Assembly (NCBI GenBank): GCA_003245525.1
Contig: QKCY01000525.1
Location: forward strand, 1 to 16,836
Direction of reading: 5' to 3'
DNA: 16,836 bases
Source of the DNA: Victivallales bacterium
Lineage (GTDB): Bacteria > Verrucomicrobiota > Lentisphaeria > Oligosphaerales > Lenti-02
The notes under the pieces are model-generated. The model searched no databases. It was given only the letters and a program-made list of their open reading frames with translations, and was not told the origin of the DNA. A program made the position numbers and the translations under genes. Every line of letters begins with the position of its first letter. Within the stretch, counting starts at the first letter, position 1. Positions 8,901 to 15,774 of the stretch are shown here, piece by piece.

Positions 8901-11302
8901 AAGTAGGCGTTGACCTCGTCGATGCCCTTGAAGCTCTCGGCCCGGTTGATGGCCCCCTTCAGAACCCGCTCCGCGCTGGCGACCATGGTGCCGACGCGGC
9001 GCTGACGCTGCTCGTCGAGCACCTGCTTGCGGGCGGAGAAGGCGCTGTAGGCCTCCTCGCGCTTCTCGGTGAGCTGGGCGACGTATTCGTCGTAGTCGGC
9101 GAATTTCCCTTCCAGCTCCTCGATGGTGACCATGACCTTGGTGAGGAACTCGTCGCAGCGGGCGACGGAGTCGCACATGCCGATGTAGTTGGTGATGGCC
9201 TGGCTGACCAGTTTGAACTGGGCGGCGAACTCGGCGGCGGCCTCCTCCTTACCCAGGTCCCGGCGCTGGTTGCGCAGGGCGGCACGGGTGCGGTTCACCC
9301 CGGCGTAGACCTCGGTGATGGCATCGACGATCTGGGTGGTCTGGGTGGCGTCCTCGATCTCCAGGTTGTTGACCACGTCGGTCAGCAGGTCGAGGCGGGT
9401 GGCCAGTTCCTCCAGTTTGGCGGCGGTGGCATCGAGATCGACCAGTTTGGCGATGCCGGGCAGGGAATCGGCGATCTGCTGGTTTTCCTGGCGGTAGGGA
9501 TCGAGGGCGTCGGGGCGGAGCAGGAACTTGGCGCAGGCGAGAGCGAGGACTTCGGCGGCTTCGCCCAGCTTCCGGTCCAGTTCGGCGATCCGGTTCCCGT
9601 CCGCGTAGCGCAGCTCGCGCAGGCTGATGACCTGGCCCCGGCGGGTGCGCAGTTCGCCCAGGCCCTCCACGAAATCGTCGATGTTGCCCATGCGGTCGGG
9701 CACGGCATCGAGCAGGCACTCGCGGACGGCGGCTTCGCTGGCGCTGATCTGCTTCTCCGTGGCGTTCCGGAGGTTGACCACCTTCTCGAACTCGCCGACC
9801 GCCGCCACGGCGGCGGCCTTCACCTGCTGGACGGTGTCCGCGACGTTCTCCGCCTCCTCCCGGCCCAGCCAGTAGTGGCCGTCGAGCATGTTGGTGGTGG
9901 CACGGATAAGGTCGTGGTAGGTGTAGAGCGTGACCGGTTCGGCCAGGGCGAGGCGGCTGACGGCATAGCCTTCGGAGACGGCGCGGACCAGATCGCGGTT
10001 GCCGATCTTGGCCAGGAAGGGATCGCCCTTGGCCTCGGGCTGGAAATCGTCGCTACAGAAAGGCGTCTGCCAGATCTGCATCGGGTGGATGCGCTTGGGC
10101 TCGTCGTCCGGGGCGCTGAACAGCACCATGCGCCCGTCGTCGTAGAGCGAATAGCCATGGCAGAAGATCGGGTTCGCCAACTGCTTGGTAATGAGGTTGT
10201 ACTGGAACAGCAGGTGGCGCCCTTGCTCGACATGGTAGAAGATGTAGAGGAAGTCCTCGCCGTTCGGGGAGGCGATGCTCTCCAGGAAGACCATCCCCGC
10301 CACATCCTCGTCGAAGAGCCGTTCGCCGCCATCCTGGAGGTAGTAGCCCTTGGGGAAGATGATGCCGTGGCTCTCGGGCAACTCCACGCAGGCCTGGGCG
10401 ATGGCGTCCACGCGCAGGGCGGTCTGCCGCTTCTCGTTGAAGATGAAGTGCCGCCAGACCTCCTCGCGGTAGGGGCGGATCCGCAATAGGATGAGTTCGC
10501 CCACGGTGGCGTAGTGGATCGCGGCGTCGTCCAGGGTCTGGTCGGGATTGTCGACCGGCTCGGAGTAGATGCCCTCGCCGGACTCCGTGTTGTCCTCGAT
10601 CTTGATGGTCAGATCGCCCTCGATGCATTCCACGAACACCCGGTCGAGGATGTTGATGTGGGGGTGCATGCCCTGCACCTGGTCGTCGCGGGTGGTGGGA
10701 TGCCATTCGAACTGCTGCTGGGGGGGCAGTTTGTACTCGGTCTCGCCCCGGTCGTCCACATAGGTCAGCGTGTTGTCGCGGGTAATGGAGAAACGGAAGA
10801 CGCGGATCTCGTTGGCGGTGTTGCCAACCTGGAAGATCAGCAGCAGTTGTCCCGTCTTCTTGATGAACTGGAGGAAGCGGGCGTTCTTGTAGTACTTGTA
10901 GAGTTCCCCGAAGTCCTTGCGGAAGCCGCCCTGGTCCAGCAGGTCCAGCCCCGCGTTGCGGAAGCCGTTGCCGTCGAACTCATGGACGCTGAACACGTCT
11001 TCGAGCTTGGTTTCGCTCTTCAGGCCGAGGTAGACGTTGTAGCCGAAGACCAGGGAACGTCCCACCCCCGTGATGTCGCGGGGCACGCAGTTGTTCTCGG
11101 TCGGGATGCGGTCGTTGCCGGCGATCTGGCTTTCCTGGCTGCCGAAGGTGCCCTTGCGCCGGGAATTGAGCGCTTCCAGACGGCGGATCAGCTCGCCGTT
11201 GAGCCCCAGCAGTCGTTTGTGCAGGACATCGTAGGCACCGCCGCCCAGTTCGGCCGACTGCTCGTCGGGGGGGGCAGGTTGGGTTGGTTCTTGCTCGGCC
11301 AT
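5966..11302 (-). CDS. Giant (about 1,778 aa) uncharacterised protein with one dynein/MoxR-type AAA+ (AAA_5-like) ATPase module near the C-terminus, a long N-terminal region and central coiled coils
   Basis: A continuous ORF on the minus strand with normal amino-acid composition. Walker A is LLLISPPGYGKTTL (nt about 7424-7444). Walker B plus the post-Walker-B loop reads VMVYLDDIQHCNPEFLQKFISLCD (nt about 7225-7260), which matches the AAA_5 pattern hhhhDEINRAxPEVLNALLSLLDE. Sensor-1 is VAVVMAGNP and an Arg-containing element is RIPDMLANRAD. The ATG at 11300-11302 is preceded by GGAG with a 7-nt spacer. An in-frame GTG at 11314 is an alternative start. The opposite-strand ORF 5945..10489 is a G/L/V/D/A-rich antisense artefact. 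Confidence 0.8.
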   Translation of the reverse strand: MAEQEPTQPAPPDEQSAELGGGAYDVLHKRLLGLNGELIRRLEALNSRRKGTFGSQESQIAGNDRIPTENNCVPRDITGVGRSLVFGYNVYLGLKSETKLEDVFSVHEFDGNGFRNAGLDLLDQGGFRKDFGELYKYYKNARFLQFIKKTGQLLLIFQVGNTANEIRVFRFSITRDNTLTYVDDRGETEYKLPPQQQFEWHPTTRDDQVQGMHPHINILDRVFVECIEGDLTIKIEDNTESGEGIYSEPVDNPDQTLDDAAIHYATVGELILLRIRPYREEVWRHFIFNEKRQTALRVDAIAQACVELPESHGIIFPKGYYLQDGGERLFDEDVAGMVFLESIASPNGEDFLYIFYHVEQGRHLLFQYNLITKQLANPIFCHGYSLYDDGRMVLFSAPDDEPKRIHPMQIWQTPFCSDDFQPEAKGDPFLAKIGNRDLVRAVSEGYAVSRLALAEPVTLYTYHDLIRATTNMLDGHYWLGREEAENVADTVQQVKAAAVAAVGEFEKVVNLRNATEKQISASEAAVRECLLDAVPDRMGNIDDFVEGLGELRTRRGQVISLRELRYADGNRIAELDRKLGEAAEVLALACAKFLLRPDALDPYRQENQQIADSLPGIAKLVDLDATAAKLEELATRLDLLTDVVNNLEIEDATQTTQIVDAITEVYAGVNRTRAALRNQRRDLGKEEAAAEFAAQFKLVSQAITNYIGMCDSVARCDEFLTKVMVTIEELEGKFADYDEYVAQLTEKREEAYSAFSARKQVLDEQRQRRVGTMVASAERVLKGAINRAESFKGIDEVNAYFASDMMVAKLRENIAKLHDMGESVKADDLTGRLKSARDEIIRRLRDKLDLFKGGDNVISFGDYHFTVNTQPLELTTVYRDGDLFFHLTGTDFLERVDDPELLECRDLWEQELVSETPEVYRSEYLAYQMLQAAILGRNELSLTRLTELVEDGAALLAEVRRFAAGLYTEGYEKGVHDADAGTILPHLVRLYGECKLLRYDSECRAYAIIFWCFYPDATRKAELRTRLQSFGQLPRLFGELPVRQEYVAEIRTLVEHFYEHMGLDLSPVMLGQAAEYLYHELQDEENLEFTVNALAIELHQRFLTALRDARREKRFAEAIATVADVPARIALIHDWVGAFVEVREPADSGHLVWEVVALVAAGNIISRDASRVSTLATIEGLLGQHPRIQNRVLSLHLDLFLARLSHFAQIRVPRFRRYARRRADVVEQRRGEMRLGEFQSRVMGSFVRNKLINDVYLNLVGANFAKQMGVAGESKRTDLMGMLLLISPPGYGKTTLMEYIANRLGLAFMKINGPAIGHGVTSLDPAEAPNATAREELHKLNLALEMANNVMVYLDDIQHCNPEFLQKFISLCDAQRKIEGVYRGVTRTYDLRGKKVAVVMAGNPYTESGAKFRIPDMLANRADTYNLGDISETAASAFALSFIENAMTSNATLSEIASHSHEDLYRFVQAVEAGSTEGIDFAYSWSVSEADDIQNVLRKLRRIQQVVLRVNQQYIRSAAQQDEYRTEPPFKLQGSYRNMCRMAEKVFPVMTDAEVTQLVVDHYYNEAQTLTTGAEANILKFKEMMGMQSDDERTRWQEIKTEFNRRQALSGVDDSDDMGKILAQLSAFNANLGHVHNSLEQGFDTGLKRLGAALIESARENRPPATDFAPVVAALSALAEKQSASVDLHPLAAALGEVRDRLGKPLDLAPLVTALQALRPPESSQPTGALEVQTTFPAEYGRAWSRQVLILESLLPIMEAMREQGQLLADLRQHLTGK

Positions 11303-11329
11303 GAACAGCTCCACGTGGCACGGAAAGGC

Positions 11330-11351
11330 GGGGAGCCGGAGCCGGCTCCCC
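11330..11351 (-). promoter_or_regulatory. Perfect GC-rich inverted repeat (hairpin) in the 67-bp spacer between the flotillin gene and the giant ATPase gene; a candidate intra-operon attenuator or processing site
   Basis: GGGGAGCCGG-ag-CCGGCTCCCC is a 10-bp perfect inverted repeat. On the transcribed (minus) strand it is followed by gccTTTCCgtg, a weak U-rich tract, and then by GGAG-N7-ATG of the giant gene. Confidence 0.4.
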
Positions 11352-11369
11352 GTGGACAGGGGGAAAGAC

Positions 11370-13451
11370 CTACTTCTTGGTCACTTGCGCGAGCAGGTCC
11401 TTGAGCTGCCCCATCACGCCTTCGCCGCCCTTGCTGGCAATCTTGGCGAGCAGGTTGGCCACGGTCAGGTTCTTCACGTCCTCGCTGCTGACGCCGGAGG
11501 TGGCGATCAGCTCGGCAAGCTGGGTGGCGATGTTGGCGCTGTCGCCCGCCACCAGCTTCTTGGCCTGGTCGCTCTTCTCCACGAAGCCGTCCACCGACTT
11601 GGCGAGACTGATGGACCGGAAGAAGTTCTCCAGGAAGGTGCCGTCGCCGCCCACGATGTCGATGTTCGCCTGGCGGACCGCTTCGCCCAGCACGCGGGCC
11701 TGGGCTTCGGCGATCTGGCGCTGGACGTCGATGCCGGCCAGTTCCACCCGCTCCTGCTTGGCCAACTGGAGCTTGAACTCCTCGTGTTCGCGGCCCACGC
11801 CGTCGAACTTCTTCATGGCGTCGGCCTTGAGGTCGATGGCCTTGGCCTCGGCTTCGCCGCTCTGCTCGATACCGAAGGCTTCCGCCTTGTGCTTCTCGAT
11901 CCCGGCATCGGCTTCGGCCTTGCCGCGCAGCACGATGGCGTTGGCCTCGGCTTCCTGCACCTTGACGTTGGCCAAACCAAGGGCGGATTCCTCGGCGATG
12001 ACGCCTTCGGCCAGCAGCTTCTTGGCCTGGGCTTCCTTCTCGGACTTGGCGAGGACGGCCGCGCCCTGCTTCTCGGCGAGCACCAGTTCGGCTTCGCCCT
12101 GCTGCTCGGCCTTGATGCGGATCGCCTCGGCCTGCCGCTGGATCTGCTCCTTCTCGGCGTCGGCCATGGTGATCTTCTCTTCGTACAGGCTCTTGGCGGC
12201 GCGCTCCTTGGACTCGGCCGCCTTGACCTCCTTGACCAGGAGCTGTTCGGCCTCGCGCTCGGCCTCGATGATCTGCGCCTTGCGCTCGCGCTCGGCCTCC
12301 ATGATACGCCGGGTGTCCTTGATGCGCTCCTCCTCCTCGGCCACGGTCTTCTCGACCATGACGCGCTCGCGGATCACGTCCTGGATGTTCTTCTTCTCGA
12401 CCTCGACCGCCTTCTCCTTCTCGATGGTCTTCAAGGTCACCAACCGCTCGCGCTCGACCACTTCGAGCTGGCGGTCGCGCTGGACGCGTTCCTCCTCGAT
12501 GGCGATGGCGCGCTGCTTGGCCTTCTCGGCGACGGCGATCTGGCGGTCCTTGTTCTCGACCGCGACCGCGACCTCCTCGTCGGTGGCCAGGGCGGCCTTC
12601 TCGGACTTCAGGCGTTCCTCTGCCTCGACCACGCGGGCGGAAGCGTTCTCGCGGGCCTGGATCTCGGCGATTTCGCGCTTCTTGCGCTCCTGGGCCTCGG
12701 CCCGCTGGCGCTCGAGCTCGGCGATGGTGGCGTCGGCCTCCACGTTCTGCTTGGTGATGACCTTGCGCTCGTTCTGCTTGGCCTCGTTGGTGGCCATGTG
12801 CTCCACGGCGGTGAGCTGGGTGATCTTGCGGATGCCCTGGCTGTCCAGGATATTCTGGTCGTCAAGGGAGGCGAGGGGGGTCTGCTCCAGGTAGTCGATG
12901 GCCACGTCTTCCAGGCGGTAGCCGTTGAGGTCCTCGCCGATCACCGTGATGATCTGCTCCTTGAAGCGCTCGCGCTCGGTGAACAGGGTAGTGAACTCCA
13001 TCTGCTTGCCGACCGTCTTCAAGGCCTCGGAGAACTTGGCCTGGAACAGCTCTTCCAGGGTGGCCTGAATCGAGGCGCGCTGGCAACCCACCGACTGGGC
13101 GACCTTGAGCACGTCCTCCTGGGTCTTGTTGACCCGGACGTAGAAGGTGACGCGGATGTCGGCGCGGATGTTGTCCTCGCAGATCAGGCCGTTGCGGCCC
13201 GACCGCTCGATCTCCATCCCCTTCACCGAGATATCCATGTACTCGGCCTTGTTGAAGATAGGAATCACCACGCCGCCAGTGAAGGTGACGGTATTGCCGC
13301 GGAAGCCGTTGATGATCAGGGCTTGTCCCTGGGCCACCTTGCGGTACATCTTCGCCACGAAGTAGATCACCGCGAAGAAGACGAAGCAGACGGCGGCGGC
13401 CCAGAGCAGGACGACTTGGTAGTAGAGGAGGGCGGGGGTGGGCAGTGGCAT
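11370..13451 (-). CDS. yqiK: Flotillin-family SPFH/band-7 protein, YqiK-like (N-terminal TM anchor, SPFH domain, long E/A-rich coiled coil)
   Basis: The N-terminus has a hydrophobic anchor LLYYQVVLLWAAAVCFVFFAVIYFV followed by AKMYRKVAQGQALIINGFRGNTVTFTGGVVIPIFNKAEY. This parallels E. coli YqiK ...ARLYRRASAEQAFVRTGLGGQKVVMSGGAIVMPIFHEI.... It is followed by about 330 aa of E/A/K/R-rich heptad-like coiled coil typical of bacterial flotillins. An AAGGAA RBS precedes the ATG at 13449-13451, and the stop is TAG at 11370-11372. Confidence 0.85.
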   Translation of the reverse strand: MPLPTPALLYYQVVLLWAAAVCFVFFAVIYFVAKMYRKVAQGQALIINGFRGNTVTFTGGVVIPIFNKAEYMDISVKGMEIERSGRNGLICEDNIRADIRVTFYVRVNKTQEDVLKVAQSVGCQRASIQATLEELFQAKFSEALKTVGKQMEFTTLFTERERFKEQIITVIGEDLNGYRLEDVAIDYLEQTPLASLDDQNILDSQGIRKITQLTAVEHMATNEAKQNERKVITKQNVEADATIAELERQRAEAQERKKREIAEIQARENASARVVEAEERLKSEKAALATDEEVAVAVENKDRQIAVAEKAKQRAIAIEEERVQRDRQLEVVERERLVTLKTIEKEKAVEVEKKNIQDVIRERVMVEKTVAEEEERIKDTRRIMEAERERKAQIIEAEREAEQLLVKEVKAAESKERAAKSLYEEKITMADAEKEQIQRQAEAIRIKAEQQGEAELVLAEKQGAAVLAKSEKEAQAKKLLAEGVIAEESALGLANVKVQEAEANAIVLRGKAEADAGIEKHKAEAFGIEQSGEAEAKAIDLKADAMKKFDGVGREHEEFKLQLAKQERVELAGIDVQRQIAEAQARVLGEAVRQANIDIVGGDGTFLENFFRSISLAKSVDGFVEKSDQAKKLVAGDSANIATQLAELIATSGVSSEDVKNLTVANLLAKIASKGGEGVMGQLKDLLAQVTKK

Positions 13452-13501
13452 GGAGAGTTCCTTTCTTCTCGGTCAACTGGGCTTGGATGAAACGCGTTGC
13501 G

Positions 13502-14281
13502 TCAGAGTTTGCGGACTTCGTAGGAGTCGGACTCGGCATGGTATTCCACAACCACCGCCTCGTCCCGCTTGCCGAGCTTCTCCTCTTCGGGAGCCCGGAC
13601 ATCGATGGTCAGGAACGACTCGCCCACGACCATTTCGGCCTGGCCGAAGGAGGGGGTGACCCGTCCGCTGCGGATACGGCAGATCTTGCCCACCAGATGC
13701 TCGTGGCCCCGCTGGGTGTGGCGCCGGAAGAAGCGGCGCAGGGGGCGGGTGCTGATGCCGGTGAGAACGAAGGCGACGACAAAGCAGACCGCCAGCACCG
13801 CCAGGAAGAACACGATGGGCGGCAGCCAATCCCGCAGCCACGCCGGGGCGTAGCAGGTGATGGTGTAGGCCTCGATCCACATGAAGGAGATCAGCAGGCT
13901 GAAAATCAGCGTGGCAGGCACCTCGCCGAGGTTGATGAAGCCCAGCACCGCGCGCAAGGCACTGCCAGCCCCCTCGGCAGCCCCTTCCGCCGCGCCTTCG
14001 GCAGCCCCTTCTGCTGCCGCCTCTGCGGCCCCTTCCGCGACTCCCTCGGCGACTCCCTCGGCCACCCCTTCCGCAAGACCTTCGGCCAAGCCTTCGGCGG
14101 CCCCCTCCGCCACGCCTTCGGCAGCACCATCCGCCGCGCCGAAGATGCCGTCCAGGAAGTCGAGGTCCAAGGCACCAATCAGGACGACCACCCAGTAGAG
14201 CAGCATGAGCAGCATCAACAGGGTGTAGAGCAACATGGACGGACCGAAGACGAGTTGCACGAACTCTCGGATGTTGTCCAT
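13502..14281 (-). CDS. yqiJ: YqiJ/NfeD-like inner-membrane protein (flotillin partner) with an inserted AEGxA pentapeptide-repeat linker and a C-terminal OB-fold-like domain
   Basis: The N-terminal TM helix ends in LIGALDLDFLD, compared with E. coli YqiJ ...GHMLSGALDAHLDH. There are two further TM segments. The C-terminus HLVGKICRIRSGRVTPSFGQAEMVVGESFLTIDVRAPEE parallels YqiJ [39 protein letters not shown]. It sits immediately upstream of the flotillin gene with a 50-bp spacer, which is the canonical NfeD-flotillin pairing. The RBS AGGAGC lies before the ATG at 14279-14281. Confidence 0.65.
   Translation of the reverse strand: MDNIREFVQLVFGPSMLLYTLLMLLMLLYWVVVLIGALDLDFLDGIFGAADGAAEGVAEGAAEGLAEGLAEGVAEGVAEGVAEGAAEAAAEGAAEGAAEGAAEGAGSALRAVLGFINLGEVPATLIFSLLISFMWIEAYTITCYAPAWLRDWLPPIVFFLAVLAVCFVVAFVLTGISTRPLRRFFRRHTQRGHEHLVGKICRIRSGRVTPSFGQAEMVVGESFLTIDVRAPEEEKLGKRDEAVVVEYHAESDSYEVRKL
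13962..14141. repeat. In-frame 15-nt tandem repeat, about 12 units, encoding (A-E-G-x-A)n within the yqiJ-like gene
   Basis: The + strand reads ccttcggcagcccct / tccgccgcgcct / tcggcagcccct ... with 15-nt periodicity. Its minus-strand translation is GAADGAAEGVAEGAAEGLAEGLAEGVAEGVAEGVAEGAAEAAAEGAAEGAAEGAAEGAG. The antisense + ORF 13881..14198 (APSAAPSA...) is the mirror artefact of this repeat. Confidence 0.8.
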
Positions 14282-14321
14282 TTCTCGCTCCTGGGGTTAC
14301 GGGGGGTCTTCAACCGTTAAC

Positions 14322-14350
14322 AGATTACGGCGAGCCACTCCGCTTTACAA
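14322..14350 (-). promoter_or_regulatory. Putative sigma70-type promoter for the yqiJ-yqiK-ATPase operon: -35 TTGTAA, 17-bp spacer, -10 TAATCT, read on the minus strand
   Basis: The minus strand reads TTGTAA (rc of 14345-14350), then agcggagtggctcgccg (17 nt), then TAATCT (rc of 14322-14327). This lies about 45 nt upstream of the yqiJ ATG. The -35 element is part of a 9-bp direct repeat GCTTTACAA (+ strand 14342-14350 and 14370-14378). Confidence 0.35.
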
Positions 14351-14409
14351 GGACCAAGCCTGCCTCCCGGCTTTACAATACCGCACCTTGTTTCCACCGC
14401 TGGAAAGGA

Positions 14410-15750
14410 CTAGCGGACGGAAAGGTCCAGCACGCGGAGCGCGCTGGGAGCCCCCGGTTTTTCCGGTCTATCCTGAGTGTAGACGGAGAGGATGCCCTCG
14501 TTGCGCCAGCGGTCCAGGTCGAGCAGGGGCTCGCCGACCGAGATCCTGTCCGCCTGCCAGACGGTCCGCCACTCGGTCCAGCCCGTGGACTCCGAAGCGA
14601 TGGCAACGGTCAGTCGGCTGCCGTGGTCCTGCCCGTGGTAGCGGCGGTCCTCGCCTTGGCCGTAGACCACGTAGGCTGTTCCCGCATCATCGACCACGAT
14701 CTGCGGTTTGCGCCCGTAGAAGGGCAGGGGATTGTCGTGCCAGACCCCGTCCGGGTCCCGCCAATAGTGGTAGTAGCGCCAAGTGTTGAGGTCCGTGCTG
14801 GCCGTCGGGGCATCCTGTTGCTGCTGCCAGTTGATCACGTGGACCCGGCGGCGGGCATCGATCCACTGGGTGGTCGTGTTCATCTGTCCCCAGAGGTAGC
14901 GGGTGGTCTGGACGACGGTTCCCGGCGTGGCGATACTGATCCCCGTACTCTTCCCGTCCAGGACCGCGATGGTCTGCCCGGCGTTGTTGCACCAAGTGCG
15001 TCCCCGGTCGTCGCTGTAGGCGTAGCAGACGTCGTGGTTGGTGCGCAGGTCGCGGATGCCCTCGCGGGGACGCTCGCGCCAGCACCAGGTGATGTGCAGG
15101 CGATGGTTGGGACCGTAGCGGACGGGATTGGGGTACGCACTGCGGGAGGAGCTGGTCTCGTACTGTCCGGCGCGGGAGAAGAGCATGCCGAGTACCTGCC
15201 AGCCCGCCGCGCCGTATTCGGCCAGGTACCAATCCCCATCGCCGGAGGCACCAAGACGGTAGAGGAGTTGGAGCTTGCCCTCGGGCGTGGCAAAGAACTG
15301 GGGATAGGTGACCGGGTTCAGGGGCTGGCCGGGCACCAGCGCGGAGGTGGTGGCTCCGAACAGCGAGGCGTTCCACGCGAAGTCGCCGGGCCGTAGAGCC
15401 ACTTCCGGTACCGACCGGCGGTAGTGGAGCGGATGTCCGTGGTGGTCGAAGGAGAGATGGATCGTGCCATCCTGGGGACAGATGCCGATCACGGCCACGT
15501 TGTGGACATCGTCGTGATGGATGGCGTAGTCGGCGAAATGGATGGTCTCCCACGGGCTGTCGGGCAACTGCCGCCGCGCCACGGCCAGCACCCCGCCGTC
15601 CGCGAAATAGGCTGCGTATTGGCAGCCCCGGAAGGAGACCACGGCCTCCTGCTGGAAGGTCTGGCCGTTGATGCAGGTGCCAAAGGGACCGCTCGGCAGA
15701 TTCAGGGCTGCCGCGTCCACCACCGAATCGCCCACCCGTTCCACTGTCAT
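14410..15750 (-). CDS. BNR/Asp-box repeat beta-propeller protein (BNR_4-like); putative polysaccharide lyase or glycoside hydrolase
   Basis: The protein is 446 aa and contains the Asp-box YSDDRGRTW (S-x-D-x-G-x-T-W). Aromatic/His-rich propeller-like segments include HHDDVHN and HLSFDHHGHPLHY. The RBS AAGGAG sits 8 nt before the ATG at 15748-15750. It lies 24 bp downstream of the partial hydrolase gene, so the two are probably co-transcribed. Confidence 0.55.
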   Translation of the reverse strand: MTVERVGDSVVDAAALNLPSGPFGTCINGQTFQQEAVVSFRGCQYAAYFADGGVLAVARRQLPDSPWETIHFADYAIHHDDVHNVAVIGICPQDGTIHLSFDHHGHPLHYRRSVPEVALRPGDFAWNASLFGATTSALVPGQPLNPVTYPQFFATPEGKLQLLYRLGASGDGDWYLAEYGAAGWQVLGMLFSRAGQYETSSSRSAYPNPVRYGPNHRLHITWCWRERPREGIRDLRTNHDVCYAYSDDRGRTWCNNAGQTIAVLDGKSTGISIATPGTVVQTTRYLWGQMNTTTQWIDARRRVHVINWQQQQDAPTASTDLNTWRYYHYWRDPDGVWHDNPLPFYGRKPQIVVDDAGTAYVVYGQGEDRRYHGQDHGSRLTVAIASESTGWTEWRTVWQADRISVGEPLLDLDRWRNEGILSVYTQDRPEKPGAPSALRVLDLSVR

Positions 15751-15774
15751 GGGGCCGTCTCCTTATGCCCGGCG

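Noticed and set aside
5945-10489. A 1,514-aa ORF on the + strand, plus others: 11301..13490, 11377..12894, 13445..14320, 7902..9176, 13881..14198 and 898..1419.
   Set aside because: These are antisense or alternate-frame open frames of a high-GC sequence. Their compositions are extremely biased (G/L/V/D/A-rich or R/P/S/A-rich) and they carry no recognisable motifs. The opposite-strand genes they overlap have clear Walker motifs, SPFH homology and YqiJ homology. 13881..14198 is simply the mirror of the AEGxA repeat.
11314-11314. The giant ATPase starting at the GTG 12 nt upstream, which is the ORF-track start (MELFMAEQ...).
   Set aside because: The GGAG sits 7 nt before the ATG at 11302, and the GTG would place the SD inside the coding sequence. 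I kept it only as an alternative start.
12761-13451. The E/A/K-rich low-complexity region of the flotillin, considered as a separate repeat feature.
   Set aside because: It is the normal heptad coiled coil of YqiK/FloT-type flotillins, not a DNA-level tandem repeat.
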